Shown here piece by piece: positions 13,942 through 28,164 of a DNA stretch of 64,000 bases. This stretch comes from Catajapyx aquilonaris (Eukaryota): assembly GCA_000934665.2 (NCBI GenBank), contig KZ538009.1, positions 1 to 64,000 of the forward strand, written 5' to 3'. Made by a program: the position numbers and the translations under genes. The notes under the pieces were generated by a model. The model did not search any database. It saw nothing but the letters and a program-made list of their open reading frames with translations, and had not been told where the DNA came from. Position 1 is the first letter of the stretch. Each line of letters begins with the position of its first letter.

Positions 13942-16900
13942 TCTCCCTTGCGATGCATTATGTATGCGGCCACTTAACAGCGCGACTCACACCCAGGCCC
14001 ACAAAACGCATTTCTGGACTTGCGGAGGCTTCCTGTCCTGCCCAAAGGCTAAACTCATCATGTCTGAGGGATCAGGAGCAAGGGAGCGCCATTACCCACA
14101 TTTTTCATCGAAATATGACAACCCTGCAGTTTTATGGGCTGAAAAAAGCAGTGGAAGTAACGGCTATTAAAAAGTAGCAGTATTGGCAAAACATTAGTTT
14201 GGCCTAGGTGATGCGACATATTGAGTGATTGGCCAGAACCAACAGTGTTGCAACGTGGCCTACAGTAGTTGAACCTAGCCTAAAGGATTAGTGCTGGGTA
14301 ATAATCCCAGGGATGGGTCCCCAGCGATGAAAGTTGGCCGTTTTGAAGGACGTGGCTGGCTGGCTTTGGCTCTCCGGCCTTATCTCTCCGGGTGCGAAGG
14401 ACCACAGAAATATTCAGTCAGGTGCCTTACTCGCGGCTAACTCAGCCATTATCGGCCAGAAAAGCGGAGGGGACCTCGCCTTCTTATCACCTGGATGTCG
14501 GCCTATTCAGAGACGCCTGAACATCTCCAGGGTTGGCTTGGCTCCACTCGCTTGTATTGCAATTTTGGGGAGAGAGAGAGGACCGCAACTTTTGAGACGT
14601 TACTCAAACTGCCCCCGGAGCCTCTGGACTAGCTAAGGCAAACACAGGGGGGTATATGTCGTGTCTGCAGAATGTACAGTGCATGTTGCAAATAAGAGCT
14701 TGTTTGAATAGTGCCAAGTCAGGAGGGGGAATTAGCATAAATCGTGTGTCAGTAGGAAGTCAGCAGAGTATTTATAAGTGGGTTGAAGCGTAAGGGAAGG
14801 TTGTGCTTTGCTGCTGGGGTCTTCGGCGGATTAGGCTCCGAAAACACTTGGAGTGATAATTAAGCTAACTCGTAAGAGCGGGGACTCTCTGCTGGAGTTA
14901 GCATATCCGACTCTATGAAGCAGAGTTGAACTTGGATGGGCTGATTTCTCAAGTCAAGCACTTGCCTCGGGATCTGTGGGATTGTGTGCATGAGCTACTG
15001 GAGCGAATAATTCGTCACATTTTGGTGTGATGTTTAGCAGAAAATGAGAATGCATGTAACCTTACCCTCCAAATAGCAGAAAATCGAATAATTTCCTACA
15101 TTTTCGACCTCACCAGCAGCATCTCCCACTTGTTTGCGCAGCTTATTTGGAGGGCCAGCTGAGAGATAGGCCTCGCACCTGAATGAATGCTCCAGGCTTG
15201 AAGTGAGAACTGATAACTGTTAGGTGCTGGCAAAGTGGAAGAAAACCCCCGGTTTTCGATTAGAAAGGATCCAGTATTGGACGGGAAGTTTGTGCCGCCC
15301 ACCAGAGAGATGGATCGAACTCTCCTGCAGCCCCCTTTTCTAATAGGATGCTGCTGCCTCTGTTGCAGTAGCATCAGGCTTCTCTCGTAACTGCATCACC
15401 TACACTATAGCTTTTCTATCTAGGGGTGGGCCGAGATGGAACTGCCCCATGAAAGTCAAGGGCCTTTTGTGACGGGGGGCTGCCTCCCTCACTGCCAGAT
15501 ACGACCTATAGATAGATGCGAGATACAGGAAGGAAGGAAAGGAAGAAGAGGAAGGGAGATGGGGGGAAAGAACCCCCCTGCCCACTGTTGATGCCTGTGT
15601 TGCTCCAGGCGGATTATTATTTCCACATCGTTATTGCAAAGGGGACATTCATGCTTGGATGACCGGAAATGTGGTGGGGGATCTAGAAACACGGGAATAA
15701 TAATCTGCTGAGTGTAGCATATAGATCGAGGGTACTACCCCAAGCCATGAGTTCAAAATGTGCGGAAATTCTGATTTACAAGATATATATAAATGAAGTT
15801 TGAATTGCATGGCCAGGATCGTCAGAAGTGCACTGTTTTAATAATTATATTTTGGGGGGGGAAAAGTGATACTGTACGAGTTTACAGTGTAACGAGTTGA
15901 GTTCCGGATGGAAAAGAATGCTTTTAACTTTGATCCTGCATAATTGCAAAAAACTGCTTTCGTGTTGTTTTTTTTATAGAAAAAAACATTCCGTAATAAT
16001 GAACAGGCCCGACTGAAAGAGCGCCAAAATCCATTTCGCGAAACCGTCACTTGTCGCGGGTGTACCACATACGTTTGTCAGAATTCTTTTTTTTTAGACA
16101 TGCATTATGCACAAAGAGAAGCAGTATGCCTGACACTGCATTCACCGTCCTTGGCACCGCTCAAATGACCGGGAAACCTTACAACCACCATTCCCGAGAG
16201 GCCGTACAGTTCACAGGTGTGCAAAGATGGGCACAAAACATGGGAGCTTGCATACTATTTATCGTGCCTGCTCTTCATCAGCAGACCTGAGGGAACCCGC
16301 AGTTGCCGCGATGCCGTACACAAAGCAGGCACCTGCAAATTATACACGGCCGACACGCCTGTTACAAACCTTGACCGAAAAAAAGTGCAAACATGGGATG
16401 AAACTGGTTTGCGAGTAAAACTTAACTTGCAACTATCATGATCCTAGCAGACCCTTAGGGGGTTGTCATAACCAGAAGGACATTACCTATCGTTTACGAA
16501 GATTGGCAAAAATCAACTCGTCTTGGTAAATCCGCCGAGTCCCAGACGACTGGCACATATCCCTGTGTAATCAGTCCAAGTAATAAAGCGGGCGTTTCAC
16601 TTTATTTGATGAGCAAGGTGGATAGTGCTTGAGCCGACGATGAAAATAGAGTTCTCCATATCAATGCCGTTAGTTTTGCAAACGCAGAGAGGTTTTTCTA
16701 GCTGGATCAGCAGCTGCATTGAAGACGCGCAGAGAGTGGAATTTTGCAGACTAAAAAAAGAAGCTTGAGATGTGTATGGGACGGACGGATCAGGTCCTCT
16801 CATCCACTCTTGCGATGGAGAAGTTGGAGCACAATGAGTGTTCTCCTTTTGTGCTTGATCGGCATACTTTTCCCTCAGCAGAAGAGACTGAAGGAGAAAA

Positions 16901-18297
16901 TATACATTCTTCAGAGAGAGAGAGAGAGAGAAGCTGCGTCGCAGATCAGACGAAAGTTCAAAGCGTTTTGTCAGGATAACGGGATGGGATGAGGCACAGC
17001 ATGAAGGAGAAAAGGATTAGCCTTATGTACTGAGTAGTGAGAGCGGAAAAGGGAAGGATAGAGCGGAAAATCTGTTGCCACCAACTTTGCTCGGCCCCAA
17101 AAACTTTATTGATTGCCGGCGGAAAAGTGACAGGCGCAAGTTCCCTTTCTCATCAGGAACCTCCTCCTTCAGGAGAGGGCCAAGGACAATATAAGATGGG
17201 CCAAATCCATTCCACAATATACATAACTCAAAAGAACCCCGAGCCGCTATCGGTGGGGGCCAAGACTTATCGTCGGCGTTCATTTTCAGCAACAAATCAA
17301 GATAAATATATTGCATGGGTTACTGGAACCACGCAAAAACCGTCCTGCTTCTTTTCCATCTTGCTCTATCGCCGCCGGCTATTTGTCCCCAGAGGAAAAA
17401 TATGGCATCTTACAGAACCGGTTCCAGAGAAAGAGAGAGCAAAAAAAATGTGGATCGCAATTTGTAACGCGTTTTTACAAGTCGTTCGTCCATTAGGTTC
17501 ACCTCCGTCTTTTGGTGTCAGATAGGAATGTTAGATACGCCTACTAAAAAAATTAATATCAAATATAGACACGATCTATTGATATGCATCAAAAATTGAC
17601 AAATCTCAACTGAACTAAGTTTAAAATAGAAAAATATTACGAAGAATCGGTAAAATGATTTATCAAAAATCAGCAGTTAGACAACGTATTGTGGAAAATG
17701 GGGAAATGTAATGTTTTGGTACGCTTAAATCTCGGGCAACTTTAAATTACTAAAATTAACAAATGTTTTACTACAGTAATTATAGGAAGAATAAATTGTT
17801 AAAAGCATTGCTTCTTTATAGTTGGACCACCCTGTAAACCAGCAGTTAACGACCATGGTTCTAATCCGACTCAATTACAACAAGTTTTTTTTTTTTTTTA
17901 AAGCTCATGTCTAGGTTAGTGCGAATTTGAATAACGTGTAACGTCTTGGTTGTAAATTTACGGCGGTGGGTGAGGCCATTAGGTTGCCAAGTAAACTTAT
18001 CCTTCGCTGCGAGAATGGGAGAGAGGGAAGGGCAGGGAGAAGGGGGGGGGGGCAGCTAAACAACCGTCGTATTAATTTTCCCTCCTCGCAGGTAAAGGAC
18101 AGGCTTTACATATCCGGCACCTGCGCATAATTTCTAGTCGCTGCTGCGTTCATTACAGGGCGGGTCTTATGAGCGCAATTAACGGCTCGAAGAAAACGCC
18201 TCGACGCCACGTCACGTAACAGCCTTAAAAAAAAAAGACATTACGCTACTCTGGACCTCTTTTACTCACTGAGAAGTTGCTTTTATTTATTAAAATA

Positions 18298-18527
18298 CTA
18301 GCAGGGGACCCGTTCTTCGCATGGCGCAGATTGTTGCAAATGAGAGATCAAACTTGATATTTAAAAACCTAAATTTGAGATATTTACTCTTAAAAAAGTG
18401 CGGTTTTCAGGACTTTTCCCTCAATCAGCAGCCCAGTGACAAGTTTCAGCACGCTCAGTACTCCGAGAGTGGGTTAGGTCCCCCCGAACATACGGACAAA
18501 CTTTGTGCTTTATAATGTAAGCTAAGA
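18298..18527 (-). mobile_element. Short non-autonomous Helitron-like element
   Basis: On the minus strand it reads A|TCTTAGCTTACATTATAAAGC...GAAGAACGGGTCCCCTGCTAG|T: 5' TC, 3' CTAG, A/T insertion site and a GC-rich subterminal segment. The layout resembles insect Lep1-type Helitrons as I recall them. Confidence 0.55.
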
Positions 18528-20616
18528 TTTGATCAAGTGAATTTAACAGTTTCAGTGCCATCATCATCAGCTGCTGATTTGACTTACAAGGACCATTATT
18601 TAAAAAAAAAACCCTCTCGCCTTTTTTATGTATCGATATTCCTTTCTGTAATGTATCGATATTCATGGGTGACATCTTGTGCTCGCGATTGTGACGTCAT
18701 CGTTCGTGATTGGATGTGGCTACTTTTGCTCCTCCCACTTCTCCGGACAGACATCTGGCAGGGATTTTCTCTCTCTCCATTTTATACTATATAGAGATTA
18801 TTAGAAGCAGGAATATTGTTGATGAACACGTCATCTTGAAGGTGGATGCAGGTCTGGCGTTTTCATGTTGTATAAATTCCTGGATTGGAATATATTGGGC
18901 GCCTTTTCGAAAACTGGTAGATGGACCGAAGTCTTGAGGCAGCGGAGCCTGAGAGTGAGTGAGAGCAGCACTCCGAGTCGAAGCACGCGCACGGCATAAA
19001 TCATGCTCTACTCGTCTCGAAAAAACCATTCGCCATGGAGGGAGGAGGAAAGGACGTGTGCAATATGTATATTACCCTCCTACCCTCCTTTCCCATTGTG
19101 AGAATGGGGAGGAAGAGGAGAGGGGGGTTGGATATGCCAATATATTCCACTCTTTCTCGAGTCTACAGGGCTGTGCTACATTATGATCACATGGACTGTG
19201 CTGGAGGGATAAAGAAAGGAACAATACTCATCCCCTTATTTACAGTGAGGTCGGTACTGGCTGAGAGTACTGACAAAAAAGGGGGTGAATAATGCATTCA
19301 TTGCTGAAGGAAACGGGGTACACAGTCTTTCAAATAAGCTTAAAATACTGTATGTGCACATCATCTGGATTATTACATTATTTACTCAAATGCATGCGAT
19401 GTTACAGAATTCAGATGTAATATAGACATACTTATACATATCAAGGCATATGATAAAAGTCACGTCTGACTGATTTCGAGATGCAGATTGCATTTTTGGG
19501 ACTTTAAAAAATTTAGTACTGTATTTACAACAGAAACGCAAGCTCCTTTTCAATTTTGCTGTTCTCATTGGACATCTGACATCAGAGGCAAACAAGTACG
19601 CCAATATTTTTTCACTTGGAACCTGTACATTTTACCTGTCATGATCATCGCGACAGTAAAACCACTGGTCTCGTCATCTTTGTTGCCAACATCAATTAAG
19701 ATCGCTTTCTCATGAACAACTTCAACTCCCTAAAAGTTAGTTTAGAAGCCTGCGTAACTTCTGTAAGGGGCCGGAATCAGGCTGGAGAGAAAACGAAGAT
19801 GTGAAAAATTCATCACAACACCAAAGGCGGGAGAGATCTCAGGTGCAATTATAGCCAGGAAAAGTACAGTATTTTCCAACCTGATAAAGATTTCAAGCAC
19901 TGCAAAAAGGAAGGGTCTGAGATGTACCGTATACACTATCACGAGGTTTTTTTTTTTTGGTGGGGGGCAGGCCATCCAAATTTTTTTCATTACTTGCTGA
20001 AAAAAAGAGGCCGTGGAAATATCGCGCGCACCGAGCAGAATTTGCGTAAGGTCGATGTATATCACTGCAGGCTCGACAGTGTTGCCTCACAAATTGCGCG
20101 ATTTGCCTAATTTCCTGCGATTCGGTGCCCGCTCCGGATAGCTCAGGAAGTTATCCCTGCTAATTTGGGAGTCAACTTCCCCCCTCCCTCCATGCTTTTT
20201 TTTTTAGCCAGAGAAAAACCCTGGGTTAAGGGGAACAGCATGTCCTGCACTGAAAATGGAGGCCGCACGGATTCGGTCCATTCGAATACATTTTTTTTCG
20301 GTGTGTGTGTTTTTGCAATACATGCAGACATGCAGTGCGCGAAGTTTGCGATTTACCATACAATTTTCCGGATGTCGTTTGCATGTATTTAAAACGCTGG
20401 TTGCGAATGCAGTTTTGGGAGTACTTTTCTCATTAACAAAGTAATGAGTGCTCTGAAAATATGAAAGTAAATGCGGGCGCTGTATTCTGTTGGCATATCA
20501 GGCATGGTTAATGTAAATTACCAACAAAGTAGCAGCCATAACTGTTTATGAACAAATCAGTTAACTGTAGTACAATACTGTAATGCTACAGTATTATTAT
20601 TTAAAAAAACATATAT

Positions 20617-20686
20617 ATATTTACAGAGCTTTGCATGCTTGTCGGCAACAATTGCGGACAAGCATGCCTGTAAATATTTTACAGGC
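20617..20686. repeat. Overlapping short palindromes
   Basis: gcatgcttgtcggcaa / ttgcggacaagcatgc (15 of 16 complementary), outer atatttacag / ctgtaaatat, and an overlapping gcctgtaaa / tttacaggc. Confidence 0.6.
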
Positions 20687-23600
20687 TGTATTACATTGTT
20701 GTTCATTTGAATAATTTTTCAGGGTAAATCGCCCTGGTTTTTACGGAGCTAATATTTTTGACAGCTCCTTCAAAAAAATCATTTAGTAAATGGAGATTAC
20801 ATTTAGTCTATTAGTCGCAGGTGCGATTGTCGTAATTCGAACGATGACTACCAGTAAATTGTCCCGTTAAAAATATCTGTTGTAAGAAAAGCCTTTGAAC
20901 ATCGTCCTTAAACGTAGTTTATTGGTGATATTACTAAGTGAATCTTCCAGACCACCCCGCATAAACCGGTTAATGCCCCCCATTTCCAAATTTGCTTCAA
21001 ATTCACTAGTCCCCTGGACCGTAAACACGCAACATGGCAATTAAAACCGTATGGCCCACTTTGCCCAACAATCTTTTTCTCAAGACGCTCGTTTTTTAAA
21101 AAAGTCAGTTGCCCGTAGTACGTAACTCAGCTTTTTCCGGCGTCCGCAACGACCCTCCAGTAAACGTAAACGAGTGCAATGTTGGGGAAAATTACGCAGG
21201 CCTTACGCAGCAGCCCCCCCTCGCCATTACTACAAAACTGCCTGGAAGTGTTAGCGTCAAACATTTTAGTTTGCAAAGGCCTTGAGTTAGGCTGTGTTTT
21301 CCGGGTCGCCAGGAATGAGTTTCAGTTTCCCAAGTTTGCCATCATGCAAATGGGACCCCCAGATTTTTTTGTCCGGGGGAATATTCTGACAAGAGAAGCG
21401 TTATTTGGCCCCAATGACCATAACCGGGGAGGCTTCTCTTCCTTTTTTGTAACAAAAAAAGGTTTTGGAATTTCCGGGCTTCTGGACATCACAGGGAGTT
21501 TTTTTTTTCTCTCTTCTGCTTTTTCTCATCTCCATTTTTTTTGTGTGTGTCGGAGGGGAGTTGGTCCGGAGTTGTTGTTTTATTTCGTATGTTACGAAAT
21601 GAGGGCCGGATCGTAGAGGGGGGAAAAAAATGTTCCGGGCAGGAAACCATCCCCCTCTGGGTTATTGCAGTTGCGCTTTGTTTCCAGGCAGATATCCTTG
21701 TAAAGCAGTCAGTGCTGCTGTGTGTTCCAGGGTACCAGTCAACAAGGTTGTACAGCAGGACTTCCATTATTTGAATTGCCTTTTATGCCGTGTACGCACT
21801 GAATGGTACGCAAAATGTCAGCTGGGAAAATGCTGTTTATTGGAATGGAGTGCCTGATGAACTGTCGATCTGACTTCCTGACATTTTGACCCGTGTATTA
21901 GTCGTTATAACCGACACCTCACATTTTTTAATTCCTCCCCCCCTCCCATCCAGTGTCGACTGACGTACCGACACTGCTTAACATTGCCGACACCCCCGAA
22001 GCTCGCCAAAAAAGGGTGTTACAATCAATTTTATATGGTAATCGCATCAGAAAACACGGTCCGCCGGAATCCGGGTGGGATCCTAGCACTCGAGTGATCC
22101 CGTGACGTTTCCAACTCTTAATTGCATTCCACGCCATGGTAGGGGGTTGGCTCCCTCAAAAAAAAAGAGAGAAGAGAGAGAGGGTTGGAATTGGAGGAGT
22201 GGTAGATAGAAGCGGTTCGTCGGTGTGGCAGAGTAACGAACACCTTTTTGGGGTCATTAGCGGGGGAGCATTAGAGAAGTGCTGGCGCGTGACTTGGCAG
22301 CCACTGGCCGGGGCAACACTAGTGATGTAAGCCCGCGGGAGAGGAGGAATCCGGAGAGTATGACTCCGGGGGCTTGGAAGAGTCGTTGACAACACTGGGT
22401 GTGACACACACGGCAATTGGCACAGAAAAGAAGGGGGCAATATGTGCTGTGCCCTCGAGTGTTAATAATAAAAAAAGAACCCCCTGACAGTACAACAATC
22501 TAGGTGACTGTGGATCGACCGACTTGGCACAGGATCAGATCCAATGTTGGCCAAGTTTTAACTGCGAGATAGAACCGGCTCCGGTTTATTACTGGGAGTT
22601 AAAAGTCTATATCGCCCGTTTTGATAGTACAAAAGGACCGCTTTAAAACCCGGTGGTGGCCCGCCAGAATCCCTGTCATTTCGTTACGTGAGTTGAGGTC
22701 GGGATGTGATGGTCAGCAAGTTTTTCATTCCTGGGGGGAAAGGGGCTTTTTGGATGGGGAGGAGGAGGCGGGCCAAAACCCCGCCGAAAATTCGCATAAT
22801 TCGACGGATGGTAGCTGCAAATGCCGGTAACTCCCCAAATTTTCGGCGGTTAATGGACCGTGCTTGTGCAATTTTCGATTCTTCATGCTCGTTTTCCCAG
22901 CTCAGTTGCCATGCAGTGATTGTTGCCGTAATGTTGTGAAGCGCTGTGATTGAAAAAAAATAACATGGGGAGGTATGGGTCGCGCGGTTTTTCAATGATT
23001 CGACGCGGTTATCAAGTCGAGAAAATATAACTGCGGCTTGCTATTACGGTACACATTCCACAAAATGATATGACCTGCCAAGTCCTAACATAAGTGAAGA
23101 CCCATGTGCATAAGAAATAAGCTCAAATAAATTCTGCTATATACAACTGTAGTAGCTATAGTGTAGCTGAGATGTTGGCGTGTCTAGTACAGAACATTCC
23201 AAAAGAAACGAGGAGTCTTTGTCGACAAGGTAGACATTGCGCTTATTTTCTCTCCGTCTCTGAGACACTTCCATACATCGCGCAAATGGTAATCCCAGGG
23301 GGCCTTTCCCCCACCAAATCTCCCGACGCATTTACACAAGCAACCGCACGTCCGAAACAAGCGGTTTTGCAACGAGGAACTTGGCGAAGGAATGTAATTT
23401 TGCACCCAGTTTTCCGGGATGCGGTCCCAACTCGGAGNCCCCCCCCCCCCCCCACAACCCACCTCCCAAAAAGGTGACTCCGAGATCCTCTTTTGGTACA
23501 TCCAGGATAAACCAGTACAAGAGTAAGGGTTGTGGGGGACAGTGTCCTCTTAAAACAAAAGTGGTTGAAACTGGCCTGCGCAGTTGAATTTAGGAAGCTC

Positions 23601-26262
23601 CCCAAAGCCCCTCGAGGGCCGTAAGTTGAAAACGCAAAATATGTAGCCCAATTATGTGGAAGCTTTGTACTGGTGGACAGGTATATGAGAACATTCCCTG
23701 GAGACATTTTCCGACTTTGTTGTATACGTTGGTTACAGAATAACAAGAGCGGCCCAGAATAATGCACCCTACAATAACTGGCAGAAAAGTCATTTCACGC
23801 TTGTGCGGCTGTCCTAATGATGAAGTGTTGGGTTACAACTTACAAACTTCGAAGGGCCGGCTGTGTGAAAGTTGAATATTTCACTATTGTCAACAATAAG
23901 CTGCAATGAAATGATCTCAGGATGGATTTTGCGGTGTGGCGGTGAGCAATAGGAGCATCTTTACATAAATGTTATCGCTGCTTATCACAAAATCTACTCT
24001 ACTTATTCTTGCCACTTTTGAAGCTGAAAAGTGGCTGAGCAATCCGTCCACACTTCCTCTTCTGTAATATGTTGCACACTGTACAGTATACATGTAACTC
24101 CCCTTTCCGTCCGACGCGACGTCTCCTAGGCACATGGCCGTCACTTAATGAAGAGGACGCCACAATTTCGAGAAACAACAGCCCCCTCAAAGTGGTATGC
24201 AACATAATATCCGGGGGCCAAAATTCTCATTAAAAGTAAGGGGGGTGTTCTTAAAAAATAATTTCCCGTGGTGTGTGTGTGTATTCTGGGCGTCTTATTC
24301 AATAGGAAAGTGGGGATAAGTAGTCGGTGGGGGCAGGGTTGTTGGGAGAAGACTGAACGAGCTCTTGAGAATTTCATTAGAGTATTCCATTAGGTAATGG
24401 ATTTGAGGGAACACCTCCTCTTCTGCATGCGAATAGCCGGAAATTGAGTGCCAGCAAGCCGAATGCGGGGGTGGGCTGAGGAGGTCTGCCTGGAACACAC
24501 CGGAATTAGTTTGCATTTGCGTAATGCTTGAATTCTGAACTTAGGACCGCCACCTTGTTACTTTCTTGCCTTGAAAACCCCCACAGCTATCCGGGATCGT
24601 TTAGAAATAAGGGTTCGGCCCATTTGAAATGCATGCACTCCTCAGGATTGACCGCTCTGCCCAACTCCTTATTTCCTCTGCCCAGTACAAAAGTTTAGTA
24701 ATCCTTCAAAAGCTGCTGGGAAAAGAAAGGCGCAGTCGAGCGTTGGGAATTATAGCGGTCAGACAGGATTAATGGCGGCTGAGAATGGCCCATTTGAACC
24801 TTATTAATCTATGGACGCCCCTTGGAGGTACAAGATTGATTGCTGCTCCAATTTCAACCCATGGCTGCAGAAAACTTGTTCCCTCCCGCGAGCACCGGAT
24901 AATAGGCTCCTAATGCGGCTACCTTTTCCGCCAGATTCGCCTAATTTGCCAATTCAAATCGGGGCATCTGCTGAAAGGTCAAGGGGCGGCTACACTGCTG
25001 CAGTGTCACAGTGCGGTACCTGCATGAATTATTATGAGACCCTTTTCACCCCAATATCTTGCAAGAAGGGCTGTCACATTTCATGCATATCATCTTGATT
25101 GCACTTACCTTTTTTTTAAACAGGAAGACTTGTGCACGGAGGGTGTTCCAAAAGGGCTGCCACCAGAGTTGGGAATGAGACAAACACCTGCTGATCTCCC
25201 ACGGAAAGCAACCTACGAGTGTCAGTTACTCTCCAGTACAGACATGGAAAGGGTGGGATCCGTTTTTCTTTGATCTAATGGGCCATCGATTTACCCAGCA
25301 GGAAAACATACGGCTGATTTTCCACAACCTCTGGCCTCTTGGTTAGAAGCGGAGCAGAGAAATCATCCTGATCCAGCCCTGTCACGCCCAGTCCTCGCTT
25401 ATAGTTGACCTTGGGCCACGACCTTGAACATATGCTCACTTCAGGGCTCTGTCCTTGAAAAACGTACGCTCACTCAGTGGCTCTGTGAAGCTGCCATCTA
25501 CCGACCTTTACAGGTAAACCACGAAAGTGTACATGGCCTGGGTAACATCTGTGCAGAATCACAAGTGTAACTGCAATAAACAGCGGCAGGGATTGGTGGG
25601 CTCATAATTCGCATTAAAGCCGTCCTAGTACTATACAAGGACAATTACGTGTTGTCCCCGCACAACAAGCACAACACAGCCAGTTTTATCTTTCCAAATT
25701 CAGACTTTTATCACCTCAGGGGCTTCCCAACTGTTGTGCGGAAAAAAAGAAGCTTGATAAGGTATGGGAGTGGAGGATTACAACACAATGCACCAGTAAA
25801 TAGGCAGCCCCTTTTTCCGCCAATATTCCGAGTTCAATTGTGTGTGGGGAGGGAAAGGCGTACCCTTTACAGTAATAATAGTCCGGGAGTGGAGGGTGGG
25901 AGGGGTAGACTCCCCCCCCCCCNCCCCCCCCCTTTCCCATTAACCCCCTCCATGTTGGGGGCTTCATTCGCACAAACCACAATAGCTGCTTGATACCATT
26001 TTTACCGTGTCGATTACTATGTTTAGTTGTAACTCTCGAACAATCGATGGCGTGTAATAAGGTAATTAGGATTTGCAAAAGTGACGTCGAACCGGGGGAA
26101 ATTGGAGGGTGGAGCTTCGTAAGAACATGAAGGGGAATGTACAGAGTGTGCCAAAAAAAAACTCGAAATGATTTTTTTGTACTTTTTGGCTACAATTTGA
26201 CATCTCATGCCAAATAAATCCTTGTATTATTGTTGTAATATTACAGTAATAAAAGGGTAATA

Positions 26263-26410
26263 AAGCGTCGATTGGCCCTTGTAATTATTACACGGGCCAA
26301 TCGACGCTTCGCGGTAACAATAGACGGGGGCCAATCGGAAGCGTGGCAGTAACAATATGCGGCGGACCAATCAGAATGCTTATACAAACAACGCAAGGAT
26401 TTTAATATTA
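26263..26410 (-). repeat. Partial inverted copy of the 52787 element, with an adjacent 47-bp palindrome
   Basis: ccaatcggaagcgtggcagtaacaatatgcggcggaccaatcagaatgcttatacaaacaacgcaaggattttaatatta aligns with the reverse complement of about 52790-52875. 26263-26285 and 26287-26309 are 23-bp inverted arms with one mismatch. Confidence 0.7.
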
Positions 26411-28150
26411 TATGGGTGGTAATATTATTTCTGCCATGCAAATATGGGTCGGGCCAGATTGAGAAAACAGAGTGGCGTAACCAGAGTTGCAGGACTCCTC
26501 GGGGGCCTATTCATCTTCACGGACCGCTTGCTATTATGCACCGGAGGGGATAGTAAACACCTCCGGATACCTGAGGCACTGTGTGTGCAGGCTTAATTAC
26601 GTAACTAAAGTTTGCGGGGATTGGATTATGTTTCCTTCCACCTCTACACACACATACATCCCCATCTCTATATACGTATACCTCTCGCCCCTTGATCTTA
26701 TAGAGGCTGGCATTATGACAAGGATCGTGTCGGGAGGCTGTTTCCCAGGTGCTGACTGCAATTAACTGCCTGTCACTATAGGAGAGTGAAACGTAACTGC
26801 TCACTACAAACATCGGCTACGAAAAGAATGTCGGATTTCAATGGAGGAATATTGTTCGTGGTGCTAATTACGCGCCCTAGAGATCTAAAGCTGAAATTAA
26901 AAGTAATTGTGGTTCTGTAACCAAACATGCTGGACAAAAAGGACGTGATGTCTTGTAGAACCACTAATTTATCACAAAATCCAATATATTAGGACATTTC
27001 CTATTTAATTATTAATCGGCCTGAGTGCACGTGTCGTCGGTGTTTGCTGCTTGTATTATAGAAATGGGCGGAACACACTTCCTTGCTTGTACAATATACA
27101 CGTGTCAGTGCACAAGGGAAAGGACAAGCGGATGATTACGGAGGCTTGCCTCGTGCTGCTTCGTAATTGGCAATCGACGTCTGCCGGAAACCTCGTCACA
27201 ATATTGTCCTTATTAGAGACGCATCATTTGAATAAGAAACGCCTAATTACAGGCTGCCAAGAAAATATTCCCGGACTCAGATGAGAGGGGAGAAAAAAAG
27301 AGTCGTGTGGGAAAATGTAGAAGTTTTAATACGTATAAACATTGATCAGTGAATGGTTACAAAGGACTGAATATTTTTGATAACAGTTTGGATAATAGTT
27401 GGCGGCACAGATTGGTGCAAATATTGCACGCAGACACAATGTAGGCTTGGACGCAAAATGTGAGAATGAAAATGAAGGGCGGGAAATGAGCAGAGGAAAA
27501 AAAGTGACTATTAAAGTGTCCCACGGTCTATTTTTAGCATTTTTTATCTTGTCGTTGGCTATGTTTATTTTTTTTTCCTCCACGTTGGCCGCAACTTCAC
27601 GAGAAAGTGAAAGAGCTCGTTTCCAAGCGACTCCTTTTTTTTCCGGATTTAGGGGGCTGTCAACGGCGGTGGATTTGACTTCCGTTTCGGTACGGAGACG
27701 GGATTTCATCCTTTTTTTTCGGTCCGAGTTTGTCGGGGCGAAGGAAAATAATGATCTTGTGTCACCTTGCGATTGTCTCGTGCACTAAAAGCCGGTATAG
27801 GGTGGGGGGGGGGGGGTTAGAGAGAAGGCCCAACAGCCAGATTTTCCACTGAGCCCTACTCTCAACGAAGATTGATTACTCCGCTTATGTAGCTGCATAC
27901 CCAAACCATTAGTTTGCTTTGTATATCAGAAGCCTAACCCTGTAATTAAGAGCAGAGGAGCTTTTCTTCGAAACGCGCATCGTTACATGCCAGCAATAAT
28001 TCCGGATTACATGTTCCTATAAGCATCTTCTTCAGCAGTTTCCTGATAGGTTTACTCCCACGACTTTTAGCAGTCGAGTCATGAAGAGTAGCGTGTTTTA
28101 TACTATTGTTACTGACCTAACTAACAATAATTGTAAAGGCACCATATTGA

Positions 28151-28164
28151 GCGCCATCTGGCGG
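28151..28164 (-). promoter_or_regulatory. CTCF-like motif
   Basis: Minus strand CCGCCAGATGGCGC matches the CTCF core consensus CCRSYAGRKGGCRS. Motif match only; binding not shown. Confidence 0.35.

Noticed and set aside
25210..25225. aacctacgagtgtcag (TYECQ in ORF 25034..25273), identical to the end of exon B but on the opposite strand
   Set aside because: There is no surrounding Ig sequence, and roughly one 16-mer match is expected by chance in a 64-kb self-comparison.
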